In this document: positions 17,002 through 24,567 of the stretch, in pieces | How the letters are laid out: every line of letters begins with the position of its first letter | Numbering within the stretch: the stretch's first letter is position 1 | Source of the DNA: a virus | Taxonomy: Duplodnaviria; Caudoviricetes | IMG/VR virus record: IMGVR_UViG_3300045176_000024 | Span: 1-31,837 of that record | DNA: 31,837 bases | Reading direction: 5' to 3' (one strand) | The notes under the pieces: model-generated | Told to the model about the DNA's origin: nothing | Databases searched by the model: none | What the model saw: the letters and a program-made list of their open reading frames with translations, nothing else | Translations under genes and position numbers: made by a program

Positions 17002-18503
17002 GTTGCAGGCGCCGGTGCGGGCGCAGGCGGCGCGGCGTTCCCGGCCGCGAGTGCGTCGCGCAGGTCGGCGGGCAGGTTGAAGCTGTCCTCGGCCTGGCGC
17101 CTGGCCTTGCGCTCGGCCGCTTCTGCGCGCGCGGCGGCCAGCTCGGTCTTGGCGTCGAAGTCCTGGCCGAAGCGCTGGGCCACGTCCGCGATGATCTTGA
17201 GGGCAGTCTCTTCGGTGAGCAGCCCGGCCTCGGTCATCTGGATTACCGCTGCCGTGACTGCCTGCATGGCCGACGCGAACTTGGTGATGTCGCGGTTGAG
17301 CAGCTCGGGGAACACCGCCGTGACCTGCCATTCGTCCTTGGCCCAGTCGGGCTTGACGCCACGGGTCTGGGCGCTGCACCACAGCACGTAGCGGCCGATT
17401 TCCTCCAGCATGCGCTTGAGGAACCCCTGGCGCATGCTGTACATCTTGAAGGTGGGCTCGCCCATCTCCGAAGCGGCGGCCCGGTTCACGTCGCCGCCGC
17501 CGCCGAACCAATGCTCGGGCACCGTGGCGCCGCCCAGGACATGGTTGCGCAGCAGCCGGGCGCTCTGGCTGGTGTCGGCCGCCTGCAGCCCGGGCGTCTT
17601 GGGTTCCAGCTTGACCTGGTCGTTGTGCACGAACACACTGTTGGCGCCCGGCGGCACGAATTCCTTCTCATACTTCTTGACGGCGTCAGGGTCGGCACCG
17701 GTCATCGTGATGTCCCAGACAAAGCGCCGCAGGTAGTCAATGCGGTCCAGCTCGGAGAACAGGAAGTTGTCGTAGGCATCCAGCCAGTCCATCTGCCCCA
17801 GAAGGTCGCTTCTCCCACGGCTGCCGTTGGGAAACTTGTTGAGCTGGAACAGCAGCACGTCGCCGTCGCCGAAGTCCTCGGCGCGGATGCGCTGGGTGCG
17901 CTCGCTGAACAGCTCGGCATCCTCGCCCAGCACGATCACGCGGTACTTGTGCTGGCGCCCCCGGTTGTCGCGCTTGGTGACCACGCCGATGGGCTGCTCG
18001 GGGTTGTCGGGGTCGTTGACCACCGTGGCGATCTGGCGCGGGTCCAGGTAGCCCAGGCGCACGAAGCCATCGCCCTCGCGCACGTTGGCGATGTAGCACT
18101 GCTCCCCCAGCAGGCCCAAGGCGCGCACGCGCTGCTCCAGTTTCATGGGCCAGTTGTTGATGGGGTCGCTCCAGAAAGCGTTGAGCAGCGCCTGGTGCTC
18201 GTCATTCACGCACTGCAGCGTGACACCCTCGGCCAGCAGGTAGGCCAACGGCAGCTCGACCAGGCGGTTGGCGAGCAGGTTGCTCTGCCACAGGTACTCG
18301 GCGAGCTTCTGCATGCGCTCCTGGGCCATGGGCTCCAGGTCGCGGTCGTTCATGCTCGCCAGGCCGTCGCCGGAGATGCGGCGCCAGCCGGCATCGTCGG
18401 CGCGGTCGCCCTGGGCCATGGCCGCCTCGCGCACGGGCTTGGACGCGGCATCGGTGGCCGGAGCGTAGCCCACCGCCTCCAGCATGCGTTTAAAGATTCC
18501 CAT
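16998..18503 (-). CDS. Portal protein (501 aa)
   Basis: Start MGIFKRMLEA with RBS AAGGA. Lies between terminase and gpF. NLLANRLVE, GRSDL and VPEHWFG...NRAAA motifs. Confidence 0.85.
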   Translation of the reverse strand: MGIFKRMLEAVGYAPATDAASKPVREAAMAQGDRADDAGWRRISGDGLASMNDRDLEPMAQERMQKLAEYLWQSNLLANRLVELPLAYLLAEGVTLQCVNDEHQALLNAFWSDPINNWPMKLEQRVRALGLLGEQCYIANVREGDGFVRLGYLDPRQIATVVNDPDNPEQPIGVVTKRDNRGRQHKYRVIVLGEDAELFSERTQRIRAEDFGDGDVLLFQLNKFPNGSRGRSDLLGQMDWLDAYDNFLFSELDRIDYLRRFVWDITMTGADPDAVKKYEKEFVPPGANSVFVHNDQVKLEPKTPGLQAADTSQSARLLRNHVLGGATVPEHWFGGGGDVNRAAASEMGEPTFKMYSMRQGFLKRMLEEIGRYVLWCSAQTRGVKPDWAKDEWQVTAVFPELLNRDITKFASAMQAVTAAVIQMTEAGLLTEETALKIIADVAQRFGQDFDAKTELAAARAEAAERKARRQAEDSFNLPADLRDALAAGNAAPPAPAPAPAT

Positions 18504-18504
18504 G

Positions 18505-18684
18505 TCAGTCCTTCGCCGCCAGCTCGGCGCCCAGCAGGGCCAGGGCCATGACGCCGTGGTCGTTGTGCAGCGCGACCACCTCGCGCAGCTTGGCGGCGGC
18601 CAGCTCCACGCCCTGGCGTTCGGCTTCGGGCAGCGCATAGATGGCGCCACGGATCAAAAGAAGTTGCTGTTGTGCTTCGTTCAT
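18505..18684 (-). CDS. Hypothetical protein (59 aa)
   Basis: MNEAQQQLLLIRGAI start overlaps the terL stop (ATGA) and the ORF fills the terL-portal gap. Confidence 0.65.
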   Translation of the reverse strand: MNEAQQQLLLIRGAIYALPEAERQGVELAAAKLREVVALHNDHGVMALALLGAELAAKD

Positions 18685-20354
18685 CTCGGTCTCCGGAACA
18701 TGCGCGCGGCCTGCCGCGCGTAGCGCTCTCGCGCGGTCTTTGGTTGCTGGGTGCTGTTGCCGCCCTGGGCCATGGCGGCGATGCCGCCTGTCACGCACAG
18801 CATCCAGAGCATTTGCACCATGTCCGGCCCGTCGTCATGGTCGGCCTTGGGGAAGTGGCGGAACTGGTCGACAAGCGTGGTCTGGCTGCTGTGCAGCCGG
18901 AGCAGGCCGTTGTGCATGTGCGGCTGCAGGCTCTCGATGCGCAGCAGCTTGTCGCTGATGGGGATCAGGGCGCGCGCGGGCACAGGTACCCCGAGCTGGG
19001 CGCTGCGCTTGACCAGCTCGGTGCGCAGGAATTCCTGGAACTGCACCGACTCGAAGCCCCAGACGATGCAGCAGTACTCGCGCTGCATCTCGATCACGTC
19101 GCTGATGATGCGGTCGGGCACGCGCTTCTTGATGGCCGCCTCCACCACATCCATCACGCCCGTCTCGCGGTTGTAGCCGCCCACGCCGATGGCGCTGGGG
19201 TCGCGGCTGTTGCCCGCCTTGCCCAGGCTGGGGTCGCAAGCGCCGTAGAAAATCCACTCGGCCAGGCGGTTGACCCAGAAGCGGATGGAGTGGGCGAAGG
19301 GCGCGTCGTCGCCCGCCACGGGGTCGTTCTGCTGCTCTGAGTCGAACGCGGCGTGGCCTTCACGCGCGCGGCGGATCATGAGCTTGACCAGCGGACGCAC
19401 AGCCGGCCAGCTCACCCGCGCGCCCTGATCCATCTCGGCCTGGTTCTCGCGGTAGAGCGCCATGGCGGCAGCCTCGCCTTGCTGTGGCGTCTCGCCGCCC
19501 AGCAGTAGCCCCTCGAACTGCTCCCACAGGTCCATGCGCTCGGGCCAGTGGAGGATGGCTTTAAAGACCTTGCGATTCCACAGCGGGTTCTTGAGGAAGC
19601 GCGCGAGCACGCTGTCGTAGTGCAGCACCGTGCCGATCAGGATGGCGTGCATGGAGTCGTCGGGCGGGCCGAGCGACAGGACGGACTTGGTGACGAACGC
19701 CTGCAGCTTGTCGCGCTGCGCGGGCGTGTTCACATTCTCGTCGTTCTCGATGTCGTCCATGATCGCCAACTGCGGGCGGTAGGCGCCGTGGCGGCGGCCG
19801 CGAATCTTCTTGGCCGACCCGAACGCCTCGATCTTGCGGCCGTTGGCCGTGACGATCACGCCCGCGCGCCACACCTTGCCCTGGCCCGCCGCCTCGGGGA
19901 AGTCGCTGGCGATGCGCGGGTTGGCTTCCAGTTCGGCCTTGATGGCCTCCAGCATCTCGGCGGCTTGCTCGAAGGCATCCATGATGATGACGATGTACCA
20001 GAGCAGCCCGGTGACCACGCACCAGGACACGAAGGACATGCTGACCTTCGTGGACTTGGCCTCACCGCGAGGTGCAGCCGTGGCATCACGCTGGCCGGTG
20101 CCGCTGTTGATGATCTCGGGCAGGCGCTTGTACAGGTACACGTGCAGCGCACTGGGCTCGGCCTTGCCGTAGTGGGGAAAGTAGTTGCGGTCCCAGTACT
20201 CGAAGCCATGCACCGGGTCGCAGACCTTGCGGCGGCGCTCGGCGATGGCCTCGGGGCTCACGTCCCAGCCGTCCATGTCGGCGTCGATCTGGCGGCGCAG
20301 ATCGTCAGCCAAGGCCGTCAGGCCGGCGAGGAATTCCTTGGTGTTCTTTGCCAT
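18681..20354 (-). CDS. terL: Terminase large subunit (557 aa)
   Basis: Walker A-like APRGEAKST, Walker B IMDDIEND, IGT coupling motif, nuclease motifs ACDPSLG and HDDGPD. Confidence 0.95.
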   Translation of the reverse strand: MAKNTKEFLAGLTALADDLRRQIDADMDGWDVSPEAIAERRRKVCDPVHGFEYWDRNYFPHYGKAEPSALHVYLYKRLPEIINSGTGQRDATAAPRGEAKSTKVSMSFVSWCVVTGLLWYIVIIMDAFEQAAEMLEAIKAELEANPRIASDFPEAAGQGKVWRAGVIVTANGRKIEAFGSAKKIRGRRHGAYRPQLAIMDDIENDENVNTPAQRDKLQAFVTKSVLSLGPPDDSMHAILIGTVLHYDSVLARFLKNPLWNRKVFKAILHWPERMDLWEQFEGLLLGGETPQQGEAAAMALYRENQAEMDQGARVSWPAVRPLVKLMIRRAREGHAAFDSEQQNDPVAGDDAPFAHSIRFWVNRLAEWIFYGACDPSLGKAGNSRDPSAIGVGGYNRETGVMDVVEAAIKKRVPDRIISDVIEMQREYCCIVWGFESVQFQEFLRTELVKRSAQLGVPVPARALIPISDKLLRIESLQPHMHNGLLRLHSSQTTLVDQFRHFPKADHDDGPDMVQMLWMLCVTGGIAAMAQGGNSTQQPKTARERYARQAARMFRRPR

Positions 20355-20356
20355 GG

Positions 20357-20449
20357 CTAGAGGGCCGCCGCCAATAGCAGCAGCGCTTTGAAGTAGTGGC
20401 CTTCAAACAGGAGCCACAGGGCAACGATGAAAACCATGTTGCGGTCCAT
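20357..20449 (-). CDS. Hydrophobic mini-protein (30 aa)
   Basis: Not in the ORF track. MDRNMVFIVALWLLFEGHYFKALLLLAAAL starts in a TGATG overlap with terS and stops 2 nt before the terL ATG. Confidence 0.5.
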   Translation of the reverse strand: MDRNMVFIVALWLLFEGHYFKALLLLAAAL

Positions 20450-20946
20450 CACCGCACCTTCGCCAGCTCTTCGCCGAACGGCTCCAGCATGTCGGCCAGG
20501 GCGGCCAGGTGTTGCGGATACTTCGCCTTGGCGAACGTCACGAACCGCTGCAGTACATCGATCTGCACGGCCTGGCGGTCCAGGTCGGGCGCCAGGCGCT
20601 TGAAGCTCGCCATGGTCTTGTTGAAGCTGTCGCTCATGCTGGCGAGCGTTTCGGCGCGCTCGCGCGGACCCATCTTCTGGTCTTCGCGCAACAGGTCCAT
20701 GGTGGCCTGGTGTTGCACCAGGTAGTCTTCCAGCAGCTTCTTGGACAGGCTGGCGAAGTTGTCATCGCCCAGGGCCATGGCCGTGCGGACGGTGTCCCAG
20801 TCGTCGCCCTTCTCTGCGGCCTCTTTTTTCCAGCGGTTGGCCGTGCCACGCGGCACCCCCGCTTTCGCGCAGGCTGCATCCATGGGCAGGCGCTGGAAGA
20901 TGTAGAAGCCGCGCAGTTGGGTGCGCTTTTCGCCAGGGTGTGCCAT
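20449..20946 (-). CDS. Terminase small subunit (DUF1804-like, 165 aa)
   Basis: MAH...N-terminal HTH...TANRWKKEA...GDDWD motif, upstream of terL. Confidence 0.8.
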   Translation of the reverse strand: MAHPGEKRTQLRGFYIFQRLPMDAACAKAGVPRGTANRWKKEAAEKGDDWDTVRTAMALGDDNFASLSKKLLEDYLVQHQATMDLLREDQKMGPRERAETLASMSDSFNKTMASFKRLAPDLDRQAVQIDVLQRFVTFAKAKYPQHLAALADMLEPFGEELAKVR

Positions 20947-21233
20947 CAGTTGCCCAGGCCGGAGCCGCCGCGCAGGAACTGCTTGATGCCTTCCACGACC
21001 AGCGCCGTGCCCACTGCCACCGCGCCGCCCGAAACGGCGCCTGCCACAGCCGCCTTCTTTTCAACCTCGCGCAGCCGCGCATCGAGCCCGTTGTAGTGCT
21101 CCTCCATGCGCTTTTCCATGCGGTCCATGCGCGTGTTCTGTTGTTCCTGGCCGTCCCGCAGGGATTGCACGAGGCCGTGAATCTGCCCGAGCAGCAGCAG
21201 TTCCTGGCGGCGGTCGTTGTTCTGTTCGCTCAT
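20946..21233 (-). CDS. Coiled-coil protein with C-terminal hydrophobic helix (95 aa), possible lysis accessory or holin-like
   Basis: MSEQNNDRRQ start overlaps the Rz stop. RMDRMEKRMEE...LDARLREVEKK followed by AAVAGAVSGGAVAVGTALVV. Confidence 0.65.
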   Translation of the reverse strand: MSEQNNDRRQELLLLGQIHGLVQSLRDGQEQQNTRMDRMEKRMEEHYNGLDARLREVEKKAAVAGAVSGGAVAVGTALVVEGIKQFLRGGSGLGN

Positions 21234-21847
21234 GGGTTGTCGCGGTTGTTTAAAAACTCGATCAATGCGCGGTAGCGCTGCCGGTCTGCTGCGCAGCTCT
21301 TGGCGTTGGCGGTGTGGTTGTCCCAGGCGTCTTGGAGCGTGAGGCCGGAGTCCTCGGCACAAGCGGCGTCGGCTCCTTCGGGGGCACCAGCAAGGCCGCA
21401 GGCACTGGCTGGCGCGTCGATGCCCGTGAGGGCGCCGTTCCACATCCGGACAGCAGCAAGAGTGAGAGCAGGGCCGCGATCGACATCAGGGCCAGGCGCG
21501 TCGCGGCTGCCTGCTGCCGGCGTGGCGTCCTGGTCACTCCCATGACAGGGGGCAGCAGCAGCCACAGGGCGAGGCACCACAAGAGGTACGCGGCGACCAA
21601 GGTCGTGATACTGGAGAGCAAGGGCGGCATAGCGGTCTTCCTGGTCGAGGTGTTCGGTGAGGTAGTGGGCTGCGGCCTGGTCGGCGCGTTGGGTTTCCCG
21701 GGCCGTGGCCTCGCGCTCGGCCTGCAGTTCCTTGGCGTGCTTGGCAAGCCACGCGTTGTCGGTGGCGGTGTGGCCCCACCAGTAGCCGCCGCCGACCAAG
21801 GCCAGGGAGGTGCCGAGGGCGAGCAGAGCGCGGGCGGCAAGGCTCAT
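21230..21847 (-). CDS. i-spanin (Rz-like, 205 aa)
   Basis: Start overlaps the endolysin stop. N-terminal TM (LLALGTSLALVGGGYWWG), then a coiled coil and C-terminal Cys residues. Confidence 0.8.
   Translation of the reverse strand: MSLAARALLALGTSLALVGGGYWWGHTATDNAWLAKHAKELQAEREATARETQRADQAAAHYLTEHLDQEDRYAALALQYHDLGRRVPLVVPRPVAAAAPCHGSDQDATPAAGSRDAPGPDVDRGPALTLAAVRMWNGALTGIDAPASACGLAGAPEGADAACAEDSGLTLQDAWDNHTANAKSCAADRQRYRALIEFLNNRDNP
21262..21543 (-). CDS. Embedded o-spanin lipoprotein (Rz1-like); start could instead be 21486
   Basis: Alternative frame fully inside Rz: basic N-region, LMSIAALLSLLLLSG-C lipobox, then a Pro-rich mature part. Confidence 0.72.
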   Translation of the reverse strand: MGVTRTPRRQQAAATRLALMSIAALLSLLLLSGCGTAPSRASTRQPVPAALLVPPKEPTPLVPRTPASRSKTPGTTTPPTPRAAQQTGSATAH

Positions 21848-22467
21848 TGCTGCAGCCCCATGCACTTGGCGTGGCGCTCCTGCTGGCGCGTCCATACGCC
21901 CGCGCAGCGCTTGTTGCCGGGCGTGCTGCAGTCGTAGCCCCCTGCAAAGCGGTATCGCAGCAGCGCATTGCAGGCCGCCACGTAGTTGCCTGTCAGCAGC
22001 TCGCGCCGCATGCTGGACTTCTGCCAGGCGGCCGTGCCGTACTGGTAGACCCAATCCATGTAGAGGTCGTATTCACCCTGGTGCAGCTTCACGCCGGGCA
22101 GCGATGCACGGAATGCCGCCTCCTCGCGGCTGATGTGCGCATGGGCCTTGATGAGCCCCCGCACGGGCGTGGTGGTGTCGCCCATCTTCACGGGCGTGCC
22201 GTCTTCGTGATAGGTGCTGCCGAAGCCCACGGTGGGCCGGTCGCCCTGAGTGGGGATGACGGCGGTGCCCGTGTAGTTTTCGCTGACCACGAGGCCGACC
22301 AGACCGGCAGCGGACAAGGACAGGCCGGCGACCAGCATGCGCGGGCTGACGCCGCCGAACATTCGGCCCTTGCCTTGCGCTGCGCGTGCTTGGCGCTGGC
22401 GATAGATCGTCGCGACCACCACCAGGGCGATCAGCGCGAACAGGAAAAAGGATGGTGTGATTGCCAT
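21844..22467 (-). CDS. Endolysin (GH24 lysozyme) with SAR-like helix and an extra N-terminal TM (207 aa)
   Basis: SENYTGTAVIPTQGDRPTVGFGST catalytic loop, QGEYD, ACNALLRY and GVWTRQQER motifs. Confidence 0.88.
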   Translation of the reverse strand: MAITPSFFLFALIALVVVATIYRQRQARAAQGKGRMFGGVSPRMLVAGLSLSAAGLVGLVVSENYTGTAVIPTQGDRPTVGFGSTYHEDGTPVKMGDTTTPVRGLIKAHAHISREEAAFRASLPGVKLHQGEYDLYMDWVYQYGTAAWQKSSMRRELLTGNYVAACNALLRYRFAGGYDCSTPGNKRCAGVWTRQQERHAKCMGLQQ

Positions 22468-22524
22468 GCCGCGACTGTCATCGCGGAGGCATAAAAAACT
22501 AAGGCCGACATATGCCGGCCCGAA
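22467..22524 (-). promoter_or_regulatory. Putative late promoter / terminator element, copy 2 (lysis-packaging operon)
   Basis: 22-bp exact match AAAAAACTAAGGCCGACATATG (22493-22514 vs 14279-14300) and GACTGT conserved at the same offset. Confidence 0.72.
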
Positions 22525-22541
22525 CTCGCTTGGAGTGCCTT

Positions 22542-23000
22542 CTACGGTAGCACGGCCCGGCTCGCACGGTCAACACGTGCGCGCTTGCGCCAGACCCATG
22601 GCGCGATGGGGGCCGCGTCTTGCCAGAGCCCCACGCCCGCCGCGCGTGCCGACTCCTCCAGGCGCTTGATCTGAGGGTCCGTGAGGTACTCGGTGTATGC
22701 CCATGCCAGGCCTGCACGCACCTGGTGGGCACTGGCATCAGTGCCCTCGCACTCGACGCGCGCCACGGTACGGCGGTAGCGATCGGTTTTAAGCGGGGTG
22801 AGGCGAGCCCAGGTTTTAAAGCACAGCTTCGCCAGGTGCTGGCGCGACACGTTGCCAAACGGCTGCTTGCGCTCAGGGGCGTCGATCTCTGCCAGGCGCA
22901 CCTTGACTTGCTGGTACTGGCCGGGATCTCCGCAGCGTGCGGTCAGTGTGTCGCCGTCAGCGATGGCCACGACCAGGCAGAGTGCAGTCGCGGTGATCAA
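22542..23000 (-). CDS. Thermonuclease (SNase) family protein (152 aa)
   Basis: DGDT, VRLAEIDAPE, QPFG, DRYRRTVA, GLAW and GLW motifs. TTG start overlaps the upstream stop. Confidence 0.9.
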   Translation of the reverse strand: MITATALCLVVAIADGDTLTARCGDPGQYQQVKVRLAEIDAPERKQPFGNVSRQHLAKLCFKTWARLTPLKTDRYRRTVARVECEGTDASAHQVRAGLAWAYTEYLTDPQIKRLEESARAAGVGLWQDAAPIAPWVWRKRARVDRASRAVLP

Positions 23001-23353
23001 GATGCAGATCGTGGCGAGATGAGTTGCTTGCCGTCGAGCGTCAGCAGCTTGATCCTGCCGCTATCTTCGTCAACGACACAGAGCGCAATCATCGCCACCT
23101 CATTCCCCAGGCCATTGCGCATCCTCACCATGCGAGAGTTCTGGTTCCACAGGTAGCGCCAGTCCGCGCCTCCACGCATTGCACCCACGTCGGGAATCAC
23201 AGCTGTTTCGGGGTCTCGGGCATATCCCTTCAATGCCTTCTGGCATATGCGCAATGCCGCTTCGTTCTTGATCGTCGCGCCCGGGCCTGCGGCCATTGCG
23301 GAGCCCAGACCAAGAGTGATAGCCAGCACAGCGACCGTCATCGTCTTTCTCAT
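22997..23353 (-). CDS. Secreted/periplasmic hypothetical protein (118 aa)
   Basis: RBS AGGAGG, Sec signal MRKTMTVAVLAITLGLGSAMA, two Cys in the mature part. Confidence 0.78.
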   Translation of the reverse strand: MRKTMTVAVLAITLGLGSAMAAGPGATIKNEAALRICQKALKGYARDPETAVIPDVGAMRGGADWRYLWNQNSRMVRMRNGLGNEVAMIALCVVDEDSGRIKLLTLDGKQLISPRSAS

Positions 23354-23363
23354 TGCCGCCCTC

Positions 23364-24068
23364 CTAGTTAAACGTCACGCCACCCCAGCGCACACGACCC
23401 AACACGGCGAAGTCACGCTGCGACTCATCGTCTGACCCATCTATCTCGAAAGGTGCGTACTCCGAATTTGCACTGCTAACCCGCAACACCTTGCCGGGTA
23501 GCCGTTGTAGCTTCTTCAGCATCAGCGCCCCATCCAGACGGATCGCATGGATGCCTTCGGTGTGCACGTCGTTGTCGCGCAGATCGAGCATCGTGGTGTC
23601 ACGCGAGCGAAGTAACGGCTCCATTGAGTTACCCACAACGGACACCAACACGAGTTCGTTGTGTGCAATACCCAGTACGACGCGGATGAATGCGGCCTCA
23701 AAGGGCCGCATCGCGATCACCTGCTCCACATCGCAGAAGACTCCGTTGCCTGCTGAGACGGAGACGTCAAAGTGGGGCACGTACACGTACTCTCCCGATT
23801 CCACGGCATGCACGCTGCGCTCCACCTTCGTGGATCGCACCTCTCCCGTAAGCAGCCATTCGGCCGGACAGCGCCCGGCCTCAGCCATGCGCAGCAGCGC
23901 AAAAGCGTCAGGGACAGTGAGCCCTCTCTCGAATTTCCCGATGGTGTTGACGTGGAGATCGAGCTTGCGAGCGAACTCTTCCCTGGTCATGCCACTTCGG
24001 CACGACCGAATTCGCTCTCCAAGGGACGCTGCATAGCTGTCCCGAAGTTCATTGCTAGGTCTGTCCAT
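23364..24068 (-). CDS. Prophage repressor, XRE HTH plus S24 peptidase (CI-like, 234 aa)
   Basis: HTH (TREEFARKLDLHVNTIGKFERG), Ala-Gly site in VSAGNG, catalytic GNSMEP and LKKL. Divergent from ner. Confidence 0.92.
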   Translation of the reverse strand: MDRPSNELRDSYAASLGERIRSCRSGMTREEFARKLDLHVNTIGKFERGLTVPDAFALLRMAEAGRCPAEWLLTGEVRSTKVERSVHAVESGEYVYVPHFDVSVSAGNGVFCDVEQVIAMRPFEAAFIRVVLGIAHNELVLVSVVGNSMEPLLRSRDTTMLDLRDNDVHTEGIHAIRLDGALMLKKLQRLPGKVLRVSSANSEYAPFEIDGSDDESQRDFAVLGRVRWGGVTFN

Positions 24069-24090
24069 GTGTCAACCGCCTCTCTGGGTT

Positions 24091-24279
24091 CAAACACTTT
24101 TGTGTGTCCATGAACACATTAAAGCATGCAACTCAGAAATCCAAGGGACCACTAGCACCAAATCTCCACCGCAGCAACACCCAACAGGAATCAGGGCGCA
24201 CACGTTCATGTTGAAAAAGTAGTTGCACAAACATTTATTTGTGTTCAGAATCATGACCATGGACACACAAAAATGTATG
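24091..24279. promoter_or_regulatory. Operator-like repeats in the repressor-ner intergenic region
   Basis: CAAACACTTTTGTGTGTCCATG (24091-24112), CAAACATTTATTTGTGTTCA (24228-24247) and an inverted copy CATGGACACACAAAAATGTATG (24258-24279). Confidence 0.65.
24223..24251 (+). promoter_or_regulatory. Early promoter (Pe-like)
   Basis: TTGCAC-17 nt-CAGAAT, overlapped by an operator-like repeat. Confidence 0.6.
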
Positions 24280-24567
24280 CCGCGCACCGATTGGCATCCC
24301 GCCGATGTGAAGGCTGCACTCGAAAAGAAAGGTGTAAGCCTTCGTCAGCTTGCCAAGGAGCACGGCTATTCACACTTTCAGCGCGTGCTGTCCACTCACT
24401 GGTGGGCAGCTGAGCAAATCATCGCCAAAGCCCTGGGCATGCCTGCCGAGCAAATTTGGCCCTCTCGATATGTGACTCCGCGCACCAAAGCCAGAGCCCT
24501 CACGGTGAAGATTTCCGTCACGCGCTCCGGTCGCATCCGCAAGCAACAGCAGGAGACCCGCGTATGA
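24259..24567 (+). CDS. ner: Ner/Nlp-like DNA-binding regulator (about 102 aa, start uncertain)
   Basis: DWHPADVKAALEKKGVSLRQLA...EQIIAKALG...IWPSRY signature, immediately before the transposase. Confidence 0.88.
   Translation: MDTQKCMPRTDWHPADVKAALEKKGVSLRQLAKEHGYSHFQRVLSTHWWAAEQIIAKALGMPAEQIWPSRYVTPRTKARALTVKISVTRSGRIRKQQQETRV

Noticed and set aside
9781-22054. Long N-terminal extensions given by the ORF track (starts at 10779, 11153, 17511, 18650, 21443, 22054)
   Set aside because: They overlap upstream genes extensively. Shorter starts with stop/start overlaps or an RBS fit better.
14279-22514. 22-bp direct repeat read as att sites, a target duplication or CRISPR repeats
   Set aside because: There are only two copies, they flank core packaging genes, and no integrase or spacers are present. 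Position fits a regulatory role.
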